From the human T2T-CHM13v2.0 reference genome, Homo sapiens, in NCBI RefSeq assembly GCF_009914755.1, contig NC_060945.1: 64,000 bases of DNA. The stretch is one strand, 5' to 3'. The notes beneath the pieces are model-generated. The model saw only the letters and a program-made list of their open reading frames with translations. It searched no databases and was not told the DNA's origin. Positions 61,185 to 64,000 of the stretch are shown one piece after another. The first letter of the stretch is position 1. Each line of letters starts with the position of its first letter. Both the position numbers and the translations under genes were made by a program.

Positions 61185-63332
61185 CATAAAAGGCATTTTT
61201 TAAAGTTGTTTGAGCTCAAGATCTGGCAGCATAATACTTGAGTAAAAATGTTAAAATAATTGTTATGCCCTAAATACACATTTAAATTAATAGATATTTA
61301 AATACATTTAAAGTTGAACTTGAACCTTAGAGTTTTGTAAAACAACTGGTAGTGTAGTCATTTTTTGTTTTAAAACTCCCTATCAAAATCACATTTCTCT
61401 TGCTTCCTATAGTTTGTTATAGAGATATATCTTTAATACAAATTACTCCTTATCATATAATTGGAATTTCGGAAGGGAGGAGTATCTACATTCTGTATTA
61501 GAATGTAATGATGTACAAGGTATAAAATGTACAAGGTATAAACTAGCAAAGAAAAAAATTGGTCAGAATATGGGGATTGTCACCTGAGATGAATAGGTGA
61601 ATTTGCCAAGTATAAGACAGCTATAATTACAAAATTAATAGTTTTGGATACTCTTAAGGATCTAGAGAGATGAAGAAACAAAGGGATGGGCAAGTTTTCT
61701 GAAATTGCCATGAAGAAACTGGCATGTTTTGGAATGACAACAGCCAACATGAAAATCTTCGAATATAAAAATATAAAAATTGGAAATAAGTATCAGTCAA
61801 AAAATGATGAAAAATCTCTTGGATTTAAATTTGCATTTTGTATATATAAAGAAGAAAACACATTATTGCGGCTAAAAAATGTACAGGGAGAAGTTGAAAG
61901 TTAATTTGACTCAGCCTAACAGGCACTTTAATAGACAGTAGTACGTTTCCATTCTTGCATGTTTATTTTTGTTGTTTCGTATAAACCTAGCTTTGTAAAG
62001 TGTAACACATCCCTGTAATTAGTATGCACACTGTACCTTGAAACAGAACAAACTATGGTTATTATCTGTACCTTGTCAAGACAAGGTGTGACATTTGATA
62101 AATAAAGCATACTTCTGGGAGTTTATAAGGAAAACTGTCTTGAACAATACTGTGGCTTTTCTCTGTATTTTCTACTTATCATCTCTGCGATAGTATTAAA
62201 TCCAAAAGAAGAGCAATTATTTCTCTTGGGAGTAGAATGAGACAAAAATGTTATGTGGCTGAAGTAAAATAACTCTCCCATCCCTCTTTATTTTTCTTTC
62301 CACTGAGCTTGTTTTCTTTTCTTAATTTTCCATTTTCATTTGCTGCATGGGGTCTATTCACCGCCTTTCCTACCATCTGTTACCTATCTTCTTTCCACTA
62401 GAGAAAATTTAATAGAGTTTAAGGCCAATAACTTCATATGCATTTCCCTTACAATTTTTTTTCTAATATCCACATTGATCTAAAAAAATCACCATAAGGT
62501 GTAGAGCTGTCTCACATAAGGCATTTATTTTAGAGAAAGAAAAAACATTTCTGTAGCTTCTATTTGTAAACTGAATTCCAGTTTAACTCAGTACTTCTGA
62601 TTTCACTAAAGCATGTACCACATTAAATTCTTTATAAATTTCTGCTACAGAATCGTAAGAAAATCATTTAGCTGCTTAGGATTTTTTTTTTTTTTTAGAA
62701 AAAAGAAGGTTAAATGCTAATTTGTTAAAACATTCCCAAATTTGTCACTTACACACAGCCTTAGCACTAATTACTGCCCTGGGATGATGGGATGCAACTT
62801 CCAGCTAGAAAAGAGCAGTGAAGTAGCATCTCAGGACACCAGCTGTCTGGCCAAGAAGCTGTAAACATGTATCCAGAGGCTATTTAGTTCTGGACTAAAT
62901 TCTTCTAATTCGTCTAATGCTAATGATCAGTTCTGATAGAATTCTACTATCACCTTCTTGTACTATATCTGTTGGAGTTTTTTTGCTTGTTTGTTTTTTT
63001 ACATTTGCTATTTGTCTGTCTGTCTACCCAACCATTGATGTACTCAGTTTTTACTTTTTAACAGTTGTGTCAGTTGGGAGAATGATGATTTTAAAATGTT
63101 TTAATTATCAAGCAAAAGAAATATTTAATATGTCTTTAAATTCATTAAATGTATTTTGGTAGGGCATAAATTAAATGTGTTTAAAATTTCTAATGTCTAC
63201 AGGCATGGGGGTTTTCTTTATATTGTATCTAGAGAGAATAAGAATACATTCTAATAATAAATTTGGGGTAAATACTGCTTTATTTTTTAACTCACAGACT
63301 GGTTAAAAAATGCATAAAGTCAGAAAAAAAAT

Positions 63333-63351
63333 TGTGTGTGTGTGTGTGTGT
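63333..63351. repeat. (TG)n microsatellite
   Basis: Direct inspection. Confidence 0.85.
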
Positions 63352-63484
63352 ACTCTAACACCTTGAGATCATTATTTGATTTGTTATTAAATTTCTAAGT
63401 AAATGATATTAGATATTAGAAACTATAATTGTATTTCTATGTTTTTACATTTGCGTATGTTCTGAAATCAATTTATGTGAATTT

Positions 63485-64000
63485 GGAGAAGTATATTCAG
63501 AATTCAACCCCTTCTCACTACCTTCATGGCTGCAAACACGATTTGAGTCACTATCATCTTGCATTAGATTAGAGATAATCATATAAATGGTCTCCCCAGT
63601 TCTTTCTTGTCACCATGTATTCTCGAACTAGTGATTTCTTTAAAGGACTCTTTTGTCCTAATCCCTTCAACGCCTTCCATTTCACTGAGATAAAAATCCT
63701 GATTTCAATATTCTACCAGGTTCTATGTGATTAGGAACTCTATTATCTCTCTAACCCCCTCCCATTCATCTCCCTCTTCCTCACTCCTCCAGCCATGCTA
63801 GTCGGTTTGGTGTTCCTTTAAAATCCAACTATGTTCGTTTCTTAAGGTTTTTGTCCAGAATGCTCTTTTACCATGTAAAAACCTGGGTGACTTGTGCACC
63901 ATTTTTCAGTTTTTGCTTAAATTTGCTTTTCACTGAGATTTGCCCTAACATTGTTTAAAATTAAATGGTTTTTGGCATACTTGCAACTCTTGTCTCGTTT
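63485..64000 (+). mobile_element. L2 LINE fragment
   Basis: cagaattcaaccccttctcactacc..cactatcatct..aatggtctccc..ccatttcactgagataaaa..ctccagccatgct. Confidence 0.75.

Noticed and set aside
61511-61542. Small tandem duplications (here; also ~2700-2755, 15380-15420, 21362-21400)
   Set aside because: Ordinary slippage duplications with no further structure.

Overview
AT-rich (visually about one-third GC) primate genomic DNA, human/ape-like (AluY-, AluS- and AluJ-type elements, L1PA/L1M, THE1/MST/MLT LTRs), typical of a gene desert or very large intron. I find no credible protein-coding exon, RNA gene or CRISPR array; the ORFs in the track are repeat-derived or chance. Subfamily names are recalled from consensus sequences and are tentative without RepeatMasker/Dfam. 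I cannot support a wholly new biological system. The most interesting structures are: (1) a near-complete Mutator-like (Ricksha-type) DNA transposon at 42690-46931 with both TIRs, a degenerate 9-bp TSD, a decayed FLYWCH + DDE transposase and an ERVL LTR/polypurine-tract cargo; (2) a ~790-bp dispersed duplication (23491-24585 vs 27760-28548) whose outer flanks, not inner flanks, are broken, and which preserves both the filled and the empty site of an AluY; (3) an orphan CpG-retaining L1 5'UTR at 32140-33570, a candidate promoter; (4) mechanistic fossils: two twin-primed L1s, repeated use of one endonuclease site, and a hairpin-loop micro-inversion in an Alu.
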